A stretch of 64,000 bases of DNA from Alphaproteobacteria bacterium. Its GTDB lineage: Bacteria; Pseudomonadota; Alphaproteobacteria; SP197. The stretch covers positions 576,001-640,000 of the forward strand of contig OZ219747.1 of assembly GCA_964291265.2 (NCBI GenBank). The letters are read 5' to 3'. The notes beneath the pieces are model-generated. The model did no database searches and was not told where the DNA came from. It was given only the letters and a program-made list of their open reading frames with translations. Of the stretch, positions 40,013 through 50,118 are shown in pieces. Position numbers and translations under genes: made by a program. Each line of letters opens with the position of its first letter. Within the stretch, counting starts at the first letter, position 1.

Positions 40013-43000
40013 ATGACAACCGACACCAGCGAACGCGGCCTTGAACGGCTGATCTGCACGGCTCTGGCGGGCCATCCCTGCGAGCCGGAGGCGACGGACG
40101 CCCTCGGCGAGGCGGCGGGCGGCGACGGCGGCGCAGGCTGGGCCGGCGGGAGCCCGCACGACTACGACCGCGACCATTGTGTCGATCTGGTCCAGCTCAC
40201 TGCCTTCCTGCGCGCCACGCAGCCCGAGGCGGCCGAAGCCCTGGCCCTCGACGAGGACGGCCCGGCCCGGCGCAGGTTCCTCGCCCGGTTGCAGGGCGAA
40301 ATCGCGAAGCGGGGCACTGTCGATGTGCTCCGGCGCGGACTCCGGCACGACGCCCACGAGTTCGCGCTGTTCCACGGCGCGCCCTCGCCCGGCAACATGC
40401 AGGCGCGGAAGCGGTTCGAGCAGAACCGCTTCACCGTCACCCGCCAGCTTCGCTACAGCCGCAGCGAGACGCAGCGGGCGCTCGACATCGTGCTCTTCGT
40501 CAACGGTCTCCCGATCGTCACCTTCGAACTCAAGAACAGCTTCACCAGGCAGACCGTGGAGCACGCCGTCGAACAGTACCGGAGGGACCGCGATCCGCGC
40601 GAGAAGCTGTTCGCGCTCGGGCGCTGCATGGCGCATTTCGCCGTGGACGAGAGAAGTGTGCGGTTCTTCACCCATCTCGATGGCAAGGCGTCCCGGTTCC
40701 TGCCGTTCGACCGCGGCTGGAACGATGGTGCCGGCAATCCGCCCAATCCGGACGGGATCATGACCGACTACCTGTGGCGCGAGACGCTGACCCGCTCGAG
40801 CCTCGCCGACATCCTCGAGAACTACGCCCATCTCCTGGCGACAAAGGACAGGAAGACCGGGAAGACGCACCGAACACAGATATGGCCCCGTTACCACCAG
40901 CTCGACGTGGTACGCCGACTTCTCGAGGATGTTGCCGGACACGGAGTGGGAAAGCGCTATCTGATCCAGCACTCGGCCGGAAGCGGCAAGAGCAATTCCA
41001 TCGCATGGCTCGCACAACAACTGGTCGGCCTGACGAAGGATGGCGCCGCGCTCTTCGATTCAATCGTCGTGGTGACCGACCGGCGTATCCTGGACAAGCA
41101 GATCCGCGACACCGTCCGGCAGTACGCCCAGGTGGGAGCGACAGTGGGGCATGCCGAGCATTCCGGCGATCTTATCAAGTTCATCGATTCGGGAAAGAAG
41201 ATCATCATCTCCACGGTTCAGAAGTTCCCGTACATCCTTGATGCCATCGGCACGCAGCAAGGCGGCCGGCGCTTCGCCATCATCATCGACGAGGCTCATT
41301 CGAGCCAGGGAGGACAGGCAAGCGCAGCGATGGGACAAGCGCTTGGTTCGACTGACGCGGCGGAGACGGGCGACACCTTCGAGGACCAGATCAACCGGGC
41401 GATGGAATCGCGCAGGCTGCTGTCCAACGCCAGCTACTTTGCCTTCACCGCCACGCCGAAGAACAAGACACTCGAAATGTTCGGCGCGCCGGACCCGCAA
41501 CCGGACGGCGCAGTCAAGCGCCACGCCTTTCACAGCTACACGATGAAGCAGGCCATCCAGGAGGGATTCATCCTCGACGTTCTGACGCACTTCACGCCCG
41601 TGAAGAGCTACTACAAGATCGCCAAGACCATCGAGGATGATCCCCGCTTCGACACGAGGAAGGCGCGCCGGAAACTGCGCCGCTTCGTCGAGGGGCATGA
41701 GCACGCGATTCGCCTCAAGGCCGAGATCATGGTGGACCACTTCCACGACCAGGTCATCACGCCGGTCAAGATTGGCGGCGAAGCCCGGGCCATGGTCGTC
41801 ACCAACGGAATCAGGAATGCAATCCAGTACTATCACGCCTTCAGTGGCTATCTCGAAGAGCGGAAGAGTCCGTGGAGGGCCATCGTGGCGTTCTCCGGCG
41901 AACACGACATCGACGGCGCCAGGGTGAGCGAAGCCTCACTCAATGGCTTCCCTTCGCGCCTGATCACCGAGAAGTTCCAGGAATCCCCCTACCGCTTCCT
42001 GATATGCGCCGACAAGTTCCAGACCGGCTACGATGAACCTCTCCTGCACACGATGTATGTCGACAAGGCCCTTTCCGGGATCAAGGCCGTTCAGACATTG
42101 TCGCGCCTCAACCGGGCGGTCGCGAACAAGCGTGATGTCTTCGTGCTGGATTTCCAGAATGATGCCGACACCGTGCGTGAAGCCTTCTCCGACTATTACC
42201 GTGCAACGATACTGGCTGACGAGACGGATCCCAACAAGCTGCATGACTTGCAGGCGGCGCTTGACGGCGCCCAGGTGTATTCCTCCGATCAGGTTGAACA
42301 CTTCGTGCGCCTTTACCTCGGCAATGCCGAACGCGATCAACTCGACCCCATTCTCGATGCCTCAGTTACGACCTACCTGAGCGACCTCGACGAAGAGGGA
42401 CAAGTCGCTTTCAAGGGACATGCCAAGGCGTTCGTGCGCACGTACAACTTTCTTTCCTGCGTCTTGCCCTGGTCCAACGCCGACTGGGAACAGCGATCGA
42501 TCTTTCTGAATTTTCTGGTTCCAAGGCTTCCCGCGCCTCAGGAGGAAGATCTGTCCAGAGGTATCCTCGACGCCATCGATATGGACAGCTACCGTACGGA
42601 GAAGCAGGCGGTGCAGGCCGTCCTTCTGTCCGACGCGGATGCCGAAATCGGTCCGGCGCCACCCATTGGCGACGGCCACGGACCCGATCCCGAACTTGAC
42701 CGGCTTTCCAACATCATCAACGAGTTCAACGATCTCTTCGGTGACATTGACTGGGAGGACAGAGATCGCGTGGGCCGCCTCATCACCGAGGATATCCCGA
42801 CACGGGTAGCTGAAGACTCGAGTTTTCGGAATGCACTCAGAAACTCCGATCGCCAGAACACGCGCATTCAGCACGACGTGGCCTTGCGGCATGTCATGAC
42901 GTCGATCATCAATGACGATATTCAGCTCTTCCGTCAGTTCCAGGACAACGACGCGTTTCGCCGCTGGGTGACCGACAAGGTCTTCGATGCCACGTCAACC

Positions 43001-43054
43001 CGACGTTCCAGCGCCGATCAAGGGCACGTACCTGATGTGCATGACATGCGATAG
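40013..43054 (+). CDS. hsdR: Type I restriction endonuclease subunit R
   Basis: DIVLFVNGLP...ELKN nuclease motif, QHSAGSGKS, DEAH, TATPK, QTLSRLNR. Confidence 0.96.
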   Translation: MTTDTSERGLERLICTALAGHPCEPEATDALGEAAGGDGGAGWAGGSPHDYDRDHCVDLVQLTAFLRATQPEAAEALALDEDGPARRRFLARLQGEIAKRGTVDVLRRGLRHDAHEFALFHGAPSPGNMQARKRFEQNRFTVTRQLRYSRSETQRALDIVLFVNGLPIVTFELKNSFTRQTVEHAVEQYRRDRDPREKLFALGRCMAHFAVDERSVRFFTHLDGKASRFLPFDRGWNDGAGNPPNPDGIMTDYLWRETLTRSSLADILENYAHLLATKDRKTGKTHRTQIWPRYHQLDVVRRLLEDVAGHGVGKRYLIQHSAGSGKSNSIAWLAQQLVGLTKDGAALFDSIVVVTDRRILDKQIRDTVRQYAQVGATVGHAEHSGDLIKFIDSGKKIIISTVQKFPYILDAIGTQQGGRRFAIIIDEAHSSQGGQASAAMGQALGSTDAAETGDTFEDQINRAMESRRLLSNASYFAFTATPKNKTLEMFGAPDPQPDGAVKRHAFHSYTMKQAIQEGFILDVLTHFTPVKSYYKIAKTIEDDPRFDTRKARRKLRRFVEGHEHAIRLKAEIMVDHFHDQVITPVKIGGEARAMVVTNGIRNAIQYYHAFSGYLEERKSPWRAIVAFSGEHDIDGARVSEASLNGFPSRLITEKFQESPYRFLICADKFQTGYDEPLLHTMYVDKALSGIKAVQTLSRLNRAVANKRDVFVLDFQNDADTVREAFSDYYRATILADETDPNKLHDLQAALDGAQVYSSDQVEHFVRLYLGNAERDQLDPILDASVTTYLSDLDEEGQVAFKGHAKAFVRTYNFLSCVLPWSNADWEQRSIFLNFLVPRLPAPQEEDLSRGILDAIDMDSYRTEKQAVQAVLLSDADAEIGPAPPIGDGHGPDPELDRLSNIINEFNDLFGDIDWEDRDRVGRLITEDIPTRVAEDSSFRNALRNSDRQNTRIQHDVALRHVMTSIINDDIQLFRQFQDNDAFRRWVTDKVFDATSTRRSSADQGHVPDVHDMR

Positions 43055-43498
43055 ATTTCAGCGGTGTCTGACTGGATACACCTTGCGCTTCTTGCGACGA
43101 CGCGGCCCCCCGCAGGCTGCGATGTCGATCTGCTTCGTTGCGATGCACGGCTCGTCCGCCATGTAGTCCCAAAGGTCCCGGCAGGCGCCCGTTGCGGTGA
43201 CCACGCGGCGCCGTGTCGAGCGCCTGACGCGCACCAGCAGACCGGCCTCGTGCTCCGTGCTCCGGGCCAGCAGGTCCCAGATGTCGCCTTCACGGTCACA
43301 GATCACCAGCACCCTTGTCGAAGGACAGGCAGCGGCCAGTTCCACGGCCTTGTCGTACCCGTCGAGCCAGCGCCGGCTCTCCTTGTCGTCTGGCTCGTCC
43401 TTCTTCTGATCCGGCTTGAGACGGAAGTCGGCGTCGAGATGGAACAGGCCGAGGGATGATGAGCCGCCTTCGCTGAAGGCAACCCCGGCATGGGCCGC
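42835..43498 (+). repeat. Direct repeat copy 1 (hsdR 3' end + IS1634-type end + IS4 fragment)
   Basis: Colinear with a copy starting at 51125 (offset 8290 bp). Confidence 0.9.
43082..43498 (-). pseudogene. Internal fragment of the DUF4338-IS4 transposase
   Basis: Near-identical to about 28338-28755. Confidence 0.9.
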
Positions 43499-43830
43499 CA
43501 GCCAAAGCGATGATGCGCTGCGCTACCAGTGTCGTCACATCGTGTTCAATGCGACCGGGATCACGATAATCGACAAAAGCGCCAGCGACACGCTCCGTCA
43601 CGTTGAAAAGCCTGTCTGCTTCCCGCAACAGCAGCGCACCACCGTCGGAGGTCATGCGGCCACCATCGAAATTGGCCACAATCTGCCGCCGTCCGAGACC
43701 TTCAAACTCCAGTTGTCGTGCTGGACACTGTGTCGCCATGAGGATGGGCTCCTTTGTGTATGTAACTCATTGGTCTTATTCATATATCACACCCACCCCC
43801 ATCAAAAGAAAACTTGGTGACAAATCCGGG
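43499..43830 (-). mobile_element. IS1380-family left end and truncated transposase
   Basis: End CCCGGATTTGTCACC; FDGGRMTSDGGALLLREAD...DYRDPGRIEH...QRI. Confidence 0.82.
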
Positions 43831-43867
43831 CTAAGCATCCGCCGAAGACCTCGGGATGTTGGGAGGA

Positions 43868-44389
43868 TTAGCGGATCAGATCCCGGAAGCTGTCCAGCTT
43901 GAGGCGAAATCGGTGGCGCGTGGCCCAGTCCCCCTTGATGCGGTCGGCCTCCTCCACTTCGAGCAGGCCTTCGCGGATCATTGAGACCATCAGGTCCTGT
44001 CTTGCGAGGATGCGAAGACGGGCATCAGCCCTGCGCGCATGGCGGATAGCGAGGCGATCATCTATGGCAAGGATGTAGCCACGGTGAACGGCGAGGGCGA
44101 TTGCGGAACACTCTCCCGCTCCCAGACGCCCGGTGGTGAACAAGGATTCGAAGAGTTGAAGCTCTTCCGGCATGGTGACGCGCGTCTCCGAAATGGTGCC
44201 GGCGTCGAGAGCTTCGGCGAACCTCTGCTGTTGGTCGGGATAGCGGTCGCTGATTTCCGCCGTGACATGGTCGGTGGCGAGGAAATCGTGGGAGTGGCCG
44301 GCGATCAGGTCTGTCCGGTCAATGCGTAGAAAGTTGATGAGCACCGAGGTGTCGGTGACGATGATCGCCGGCTTGGTTTCTCCCGCTAC
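43868..44389 (-). CDS. PIN-domain protein (putative toxin); start codon unclear
   Basis: IIVTDTSVLINF, LGAGECSAIALA, LAIDDRLA. GTA is found where a start is expected. Confidence 0.78.
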   Translation of the reverse strand, partial: VAGETKPAIIVTDTSVLINFLRIDRTDLIAGHSHDFLATDHVTAEISDRYPDQQQRFAEALDAGTISETRVTMPEELQLFESLFTTGRLGAGECSAIALAVHRGYILAIDDRLAIRHARRADARLRILARQDLMVSMIREGLLEVEEADRIKGDWATRHRFRLKLDSFRDLIR

Positions 44390-44394
44390 GAATG

Positions 44395-45633
44395 TTATCC
44401 GTTGCGGGCCGCTTCGGCCAAGTTGAGCAGGGTGTCTCCTTGGATCCGAAGGGTCTTGCTCAGTTCCAGGATCCGACCGCGGGAGATTTCCTTCAGGCGA
44501 TAGGCCTCGATGGCGAGATGCACGATTTCGCTGCGAAGCTCCCGATCCCAGTATTGTCGCCGTTCACGCTTGCCGACGTCATCGAACTTGCTGAGGGCAA
44601 CAAGATACTCTCGCCCGACGCTTCCCCGGTCGAGCAGGTCGCTGCACTCGCGCGCGGAAATGTATCGAAGGCTCTTGAGCCGATAGGCGGCTGCCGGGTA
44701 GCTCACGCCGAAATGGTGCGCGAGCATGGCGTTGTCCTTGTAGGTGATGCGCTGGGAGCGAGCCGGCGGGCGCTGGGCCGCCTCGATGTGGCCCCCGCTC
44801 GCGGCGTCGAAGATGGTGTGGTCCTGGCGGCTCGGCAGGCCCTTGTCGAGGGCCCGCAAGGAAGTACGGATTCCGGCCCTCGGCATGAGGAAGGCTGCGG
44901 CAAATGCGTTCGCGCGCTTTTCGACCATTTCGGACGAATTGTCGGTGCTGGTAATCGTCACGTAGTCATTCCGGTCGAGGAGGGCGTGCGCGTATTCGTG
45001 CGCGTAGGAAAAGCGCTTCCGTCCTTTCGGGTGGGACGAATTCACGAGAATGGCCAGCCCGATGCTCGGATGCCGCAGGAAGAGGCCTGACATACCGTCG
45101 GGAAGCGTGACGCCGGATGCCCAGATGCCTTGGGAAGCAATGAGTTCGGATACGTCAGCAATCGGCGCATTGGCGATTCCAAGCCTGCGGCGCTCCTGCT
45201 CGGCCGTTTCCTCTCCCTGTGCGACAGCCTCTCCGGGTGAGTGGGGAATCGGCATGTCGTAGCTGGGAGGGCCGGAACGGTAGTCAGTGCCCAGCAGACG
45301 TACGAGCGCAACGCCTTCCCGGCAGAGGTGAACACAACGGGTGATCTGCTCGCGCGTGTCCGGATCTTCCTCCAGCCCCGGGGCAATGCGGTGCAGAGAG
45401 ACGAGGACATCCTGATCCTCGTCCCTCGGGCCGTCATGCAAGAGATCGACGACGGGGTGCAGGTAGAGTTCGGAAAGCCGGATCAGTTCGAGGGTGGATA
45501 CAGATCGACTACCGGCCTCAAGCTGCGTGACGGCGGTGCGGGGAAGGTCCAACGCCTGGGCAGCAGCCTGCTGGCTGAGGCCGCGGGATTCGCGCGCCCT
45601 GCGCAATCGTGATCCCAGATCCTTCGCGCGCAT
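44395..45633 (-). CDS. XRE HTH + ImmA/IrrE metallopeptidase protein
   Basis: LRRARESRGLSQ HTH; RFSYAHEYAH (HExxH); EKRANAFAAAFLMP; GGAGG RBS. Confidence 0.9.
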   Translation of the reverse strand: MRAKDLGSRLRRARESRGLSQQAAAQALDLPRTAVTQLEAGSRSVSTLELIRLSELYLHPVVDLLHDGPRDEDQDVLVSLHRIAPGLEEDPDTREQITRCVHLCREGVALVRLLGTDYRSGPPSYDMPIPHSPGEAVAQGEETAEQERRRLGIANAPIADVSELIASQGIWASGVTLPDGMSGLFLRHPSIGLAILVNSSHPKGRKRFSYAHEYAHALLDRNDYVTITSTDNSSEMVEKRANAFAAAFLMPRAGIRTSLRALDKGLPSRQDHTIFDAASGGHIEAAQRPPARSQRITYKDNAMLAHHFGVSYPAAAYRLKSLRYISARECSDLLDRGSVGREYLVALSKFDDVGKRERRQYWDRELRSEIVHLAIEAYRLKEISRGRILELSKTLRIQGDTLLNLAEAARNG

Positions 45634-46185
45634 GGTGTTGTTTCCTCCCTGCTGAAATGCCGCCGCTGCAGCGGCATCGGAGCGAGTTTCCGTCATCAAA
45701 CATGTAATGTCAAAATCTTCCATTGACAGATTGGAAAACGCACATATATGGATGCAGTGTCAGAACCGAAGTCCGCTGCGGCGGGTCGGAAGCCTGATTC
45801 GCGCTGAACGGGGGATCGGGGAATCGATGCCGGAGACCCCGGCGGAGGGGAGCCATCGCGGCGCTTGAGCGGCGGGCGGTGCAGGCAGTCGTGCGCGGCA
45901 CGCTGCCGAAGGCTCGGGCGATCATGTCCGCACGGGTGCGGACAGCGCTGCACGGCGCAGTGCGGAGCGCGGTGCGCGGCGAAGCCGTCACCGGCGAGGC
46001 ACGGAGTGCAGCGGCGGCGGGCCGGGGCGATGCCTGCAGCCGGCGCAGCCGGCCAGGGCGAGCGGGGCGCGTTCGCCGACGAGCGCGCCGCGCGAGGCGA
46101 AGGCGGGCCGCGCGGGCGATGTGCGCATACGAAAACGGGCCACGCCGCCGCCGGAGCGACGACATGGCCCGTCGATGTGCTACGG

Positions 46186-46930
46186 TCAGGCGGCGCAGCG
46201 CTGCACGGGGATGCCGAGCTGGCGCGCCTTGTCGACGAGGTTCTCGGTGATGCCGGAGCCGGCGAAGGCGATGACGCCCCTGGGCAGGAGGTTGAGCAGT
46301 TCGTCGTTGTGACGGAAGGGAGCGGTGCGACCGCGGCGGTCCCAGTCGGGCTTGCAGACGATCTGATGGACGCCGTTGCGCTCTGCCCAGCTGGCGGCGA
46401 TCTTCTCGACGCCGGGGCCGCCGCCGTGGACGAGCACCATGTCGGCATACTTGGCGCGGACCTTGTCGAGGCGCTCGATGACGGCCGCCGGGTTTGCGAT
46501 GTCCTTTCCGCCGGCGATGGCGACGAGGGTTCCCTAGGGCAGGTGTGCCTGTGTCTTGCGGTCCTTTCGGGCGCGGACGAAGTCGCGGGCGTCGATGGCT
46601 GCGGAAGTCAGATGTCCGGTCTGGCTGGCGTGGCTGCCGCGCCGGGGCCGCCATGTGTCGCCGGTGTCTGCGCGGGAGGCTTCGGCGGCCTCGTCGCGCA
46701 AGGTCTCGAAGGCGTCGCGTCGGTCGGAGAGGTTCCGGGCGCGGTCGGTCGCGAGTTCCAGTTCCAGGGACCTGATCTCGGAGCCGTCCTGCGCGCGCCG
46801 GAGGTCCTGGAGTTCGGGGGTGAGCCCGTCGGCGGCGCGGTCAAGGCGCTGTGTCTGGGCGTGGAGCATGTTGACGAAGCCCCACAGCAGGCTTTCGCGT
46901 TCGTCGGCCATCTGGGTGCCGTCGGGCGCA
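46186..46930 (-). pseudogene. DUF2493 (SLOG/YspA-like) protein of alphaproteobacterial plasmids/ICEs; 5'-truncated, internal TAG at 46534
   Basis: LLWGFVN, WRPRRGS, IDARDF, LVHGG.PGVEKIAASWA, FRHND, GITENLVDKARQLG. Confidence 0.75.
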
Positions 46931-48312
46931 ACAACAACAAAATGGTCCTGCCCTCGACGGAAAGACCGTAGACATCCTCAACGAGCCCTACGGACAACCA
47001 GATCCCAACAGGGTGTGGTTCTCATACGGGGTAATTTGTTCGTCGTTAGTCCGAAGTTCCCGCTGATTTCAGCAGCAGACTCACAACAAGTGGTTGATTG
47101 TGTTGGCAAAATAGCGCGATGATGACGGGAGAGTGTTCCCATGTAACCGCGAAGTTTTCCCTTGACAAGATGAGCTTTCATCCCCATATGCGTTGCCATG
47201 TACGTCGACATCGTCCCCAACCGTAACTCACCCCCCGCCGTCCTCCTGCGAGAGGGATGGCGCGAGAACGGCAAGGTCAAGAAGCGCACCATCGCCAATC
47301 TCTCCTCCTGGCCCATGGAGAAGGTCGAGACCCTGCGGCGCCTCTTGAAGAACGAACCCCTCGTCGGTCGTGACGACGCCTTCGACATCGTCCGCTCCCT
47401 ACCCCATGGGCATGTCGCCGCGGTGCTGGGAACCCTGAAGAAGCTGAGCCTGGACAGGCTGATCGACCCGAAGCCCTCGGCACGGCGCGATCAGGTCCTG
47501 GCCATGATCGTGGCGCGCATCCTCGAGCCCGCCTCGAAGCTGGCCACGGCCAGGGGGCTGGCCGAGACGACAGCGGTCTCCACCCTGGGCGAGGTCCTCG
47601 ATGCGGAGATGGACGAGGACGCCCTCTACGGCGCCATGGACTGGCTCCTGGAGCGTCAGGAGAGGATCGAGCGGTCCCTGGCGAAGCGGCGCCTCGAAGA
47701 GGGCTGCCTGGTGCTCTATGACCTGACCTCGGTATGGATGGAGGGGAGAGCGTGCCCCCTGGCCAGGAGGGGTCATTCCCGGGACGGCAAGAAGGGCAAG
47801 CTGCAGATCGAGTTCGGCCTTCTGTGCGATCGGGACGGCTGTCCAGTGTCGGTGGAAGTATTCCCCGGCAACACGGCGGACCCCGGGACGGTTGCCTCAC
47901 AGATCACCACGTTGCAGGAGCGCTTCTCCCTGGCGAAGGTGGTGCTGGTGGGAGACCGGGGGATGCTGACCGAGGCGCGGATACGCGAGGAGGTGAAGCC
48001 CGCAGGCCTGGACTGGATCAGCGCCTTGAGGGGACCGGCCATCCGCGCCCTTGTGGAGGCCGGCGACGTCGAGATGTCGCTCTTCGACGAGAGGGACCTG
48101 GTGGAGATCGCCAGCGATGCGTATCCCGGCGAACGCCTCATGGTCTGCCGCAACCCCCTGCTGGCCGAGGACCGGGCCCGCAAGCGCCAGGAACTGCTCG
48201 AGGCCACCGAGGCCCTGCTTGAACCGATCACAGCAGCGACACGGCGCGACAAGCGCCGTCTCAAGGGTGCCGACAAGATCGGGGAGCGGGTCGGCAAGGT
48301 CATCGGTAAATA

Positions 48313-50118
48313 GTGCCCGCCCGAGAAAGTGCAACCACTTGACTGGACTAGCTGAATCGGGTATTGGGGAGACGAAGAATCCCGCTTTGGAGCGGGAATC
48401 GCCCGGCTTGGTCTCGAATCAGCCGGATTTTCGGGAAACTTCGCGAGAATAGCCATGCGAGACTTCGTCCGCCCTCAGCTGGAGTTGGGACAGGTAGCGA
48501 TCGAGGAAATCGATCTCAACGAGCACTCGCGGGACGACACTCCGTCGATGCTGCGCGGGATTCAGCACGTGTACGCCGACCCGTCGACCCGAGCCCGGTT
48601 GTTTGAGATCCTGGAGGAAGGGATCCTTCCCGGAGTGTCGCACACGAAAGGGCGCCCCGGCATGGAGCTTTGGAAGATCCTGGTGATGGGTCTCCTGAAG
48701 CAGGGCCTGGGGTATGACTTCGATCGCCTGCACGAGGTGGTGAACGAGCACAAGACGGTTCGCAAGTTCCTGGGTCACTCCGACATCTGGGACGACACAC
48801 GCTACGGGCATCAGACGGTGGTGGACAACGTGAGCCAGCTGACGCCGGAAGTGCTGGAGAAGGTGTCGCAGCTGATGGCGGAGAGCGGCCATGCGATGGT
48901 ACGCAAGCGCAAGCGTGGCAAGGATCGTCGCCATGTGGACGGTCCTCTTCGTGGTCGTTGCGATTCGTTCGTGGTGGAGACGGACGTGCACTACCCGACG
49001 GACGTCAATCTTCTGTGGGATGCGATGCGTTGTCTGGTGCGCGATACGGGCCGCGCATCCATGCGCACGGGAATGACCGAATGGCGTCAGTGGAAGCATT
49101 GGACCCGGGTATTGCAGAAGCTCTTTCAGAAGGTTCGGCAGACCCGTCGGGCCTCTTCGGAGGATATCGAGGCGTACCTCGACGTCAGCCGGGAGTTGGT
49201 CCGGCGGGCGCAGGAGACAGTTCCGTTGCTTGTGGAGCGCGGCGTCGGGGCCTTCAGGATTCTCAAGATCGAGTCGTACCTTGAGCATGCCCGCCGGCAG
49301 ATCGACCAGGTGGACCGGCGCCTGCTCAAGGGCGAGAAGATTCCGCAGGACGAGAAGGTGTTCTCGATCTTCGAGGAGCACACGCGCTGGTGCGTGAAGG
49401 GCAAGGCCGGTGTGCCGGTGGAACTCGGTGTGCCGGTGGCCGTGCTGGAGGATCAGCACGGCTTTCTCCTGCACCACCGGATCCTGTGGGAAGGCAGTGA
49501 CGTGGACCATGCCGTACCCATGATCCGAGAAGCGCAGGCCCGCTTCCCGGATCTGCGTCTGTGCAGTTTCGATAAGGGGTTCCACAGCCCTTCCAACCGG
49601 GTCGCCCTGGACGCACTGCTGGATCACAACGTGCTTCCGAAGAAAGGGAAGCTCTCTCGGGCGGACCGGGAACGGGAAGCTGAGACGACGTTCCGGGAGA
49701 TGCGCCGGCAGCATCCGGCCGTGGAGTCCGCGATCAACAATCTCGAGCAACGCGGCATGGACCGGGTCCTGTCCTATGGAGCGGACGGCTTTGCGCGGAT
49801 GGTGGCGCTGTCCATGGTGGCCTTCAATGTCCACCGCATCGGGCTGCTGCTGCACAGGGAAGCTCGGGCCCGGGCCCGACGACGACGAAGACGCGCCGCC
49901 TGACGGCAGCTCCCAAGACCCTATCCGCAACGAAACCCGCTCAAGCGGGAACGGAGCCGCTTGCCCTGAAGTCGGGATTCTTGCCTGGGATAGCCCTGAT
50001 GCCGCCATGAATCGGCAGGAACAAGCCTCGAAAACGGAGCGCTCGGCGGCTCCGGAGGGCGACCAAACCCAAAGCTTCGCCGAAAGGTCAGCCGAAACGG
50101 GCATTTCCGGGTGAGCAC
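48313..50118 (+). mobile_element. ISNCY-family (ISDol1-like) element
   Basis: Imperfect TIRs GTGCCCGCCCGAGAAA / TTTCCGGGTGAGCAC; TSD TAAATA (48307-48312, 50119-50124). Confidence 0.85.
48455..49903 (+). CDS. ISNCY family transposase
   Basis: SRDD, GRPGMELW, DSFVVETDVHYPTD, SFDKGF, HPAVESAINNL. Confidence 0.88.
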   Translation: MRDFVRPQLELGQVAIEEIDLNEHSRDDTPSMLRGIQHVYADPSTRARLFEILEEGILPGVSHTKGRPGMELWKILVMGLLKQGLGYDFDRLHEVVNEHKTVRKFLGHSDIWDDTRYGHQTVVDNVSQLTPEVLEKVSQLMAESGHAMVRKRKRGKDRRHVDGPLRGRCDSFVVETDVHYPTDVNLLWDAMRCLVRDTGRASMRTGMTEWRQWKHWTRVLQKLFQKVRQTRRASSEDIEAYLDVSRELVRRAQETVPLLVERGVGAFRILKIESYLEHARRQIDQVDRRLLKGEKIPQDEKVFSIFEEHTRWCVKGKAGVPVELGVPVAVLEDQHGFLLHHRILWEGSDVDHAVPMIREAQARFPDLRLCSFDKGFHSPSNRVALDALLDHNVLPKKGKLSRADREREAETTFREMRRQHPAVESAINNLEQRGMDRVLSYGADGFARMVALSMVAFNVHRIGLLLHREARARARRRRRRAA

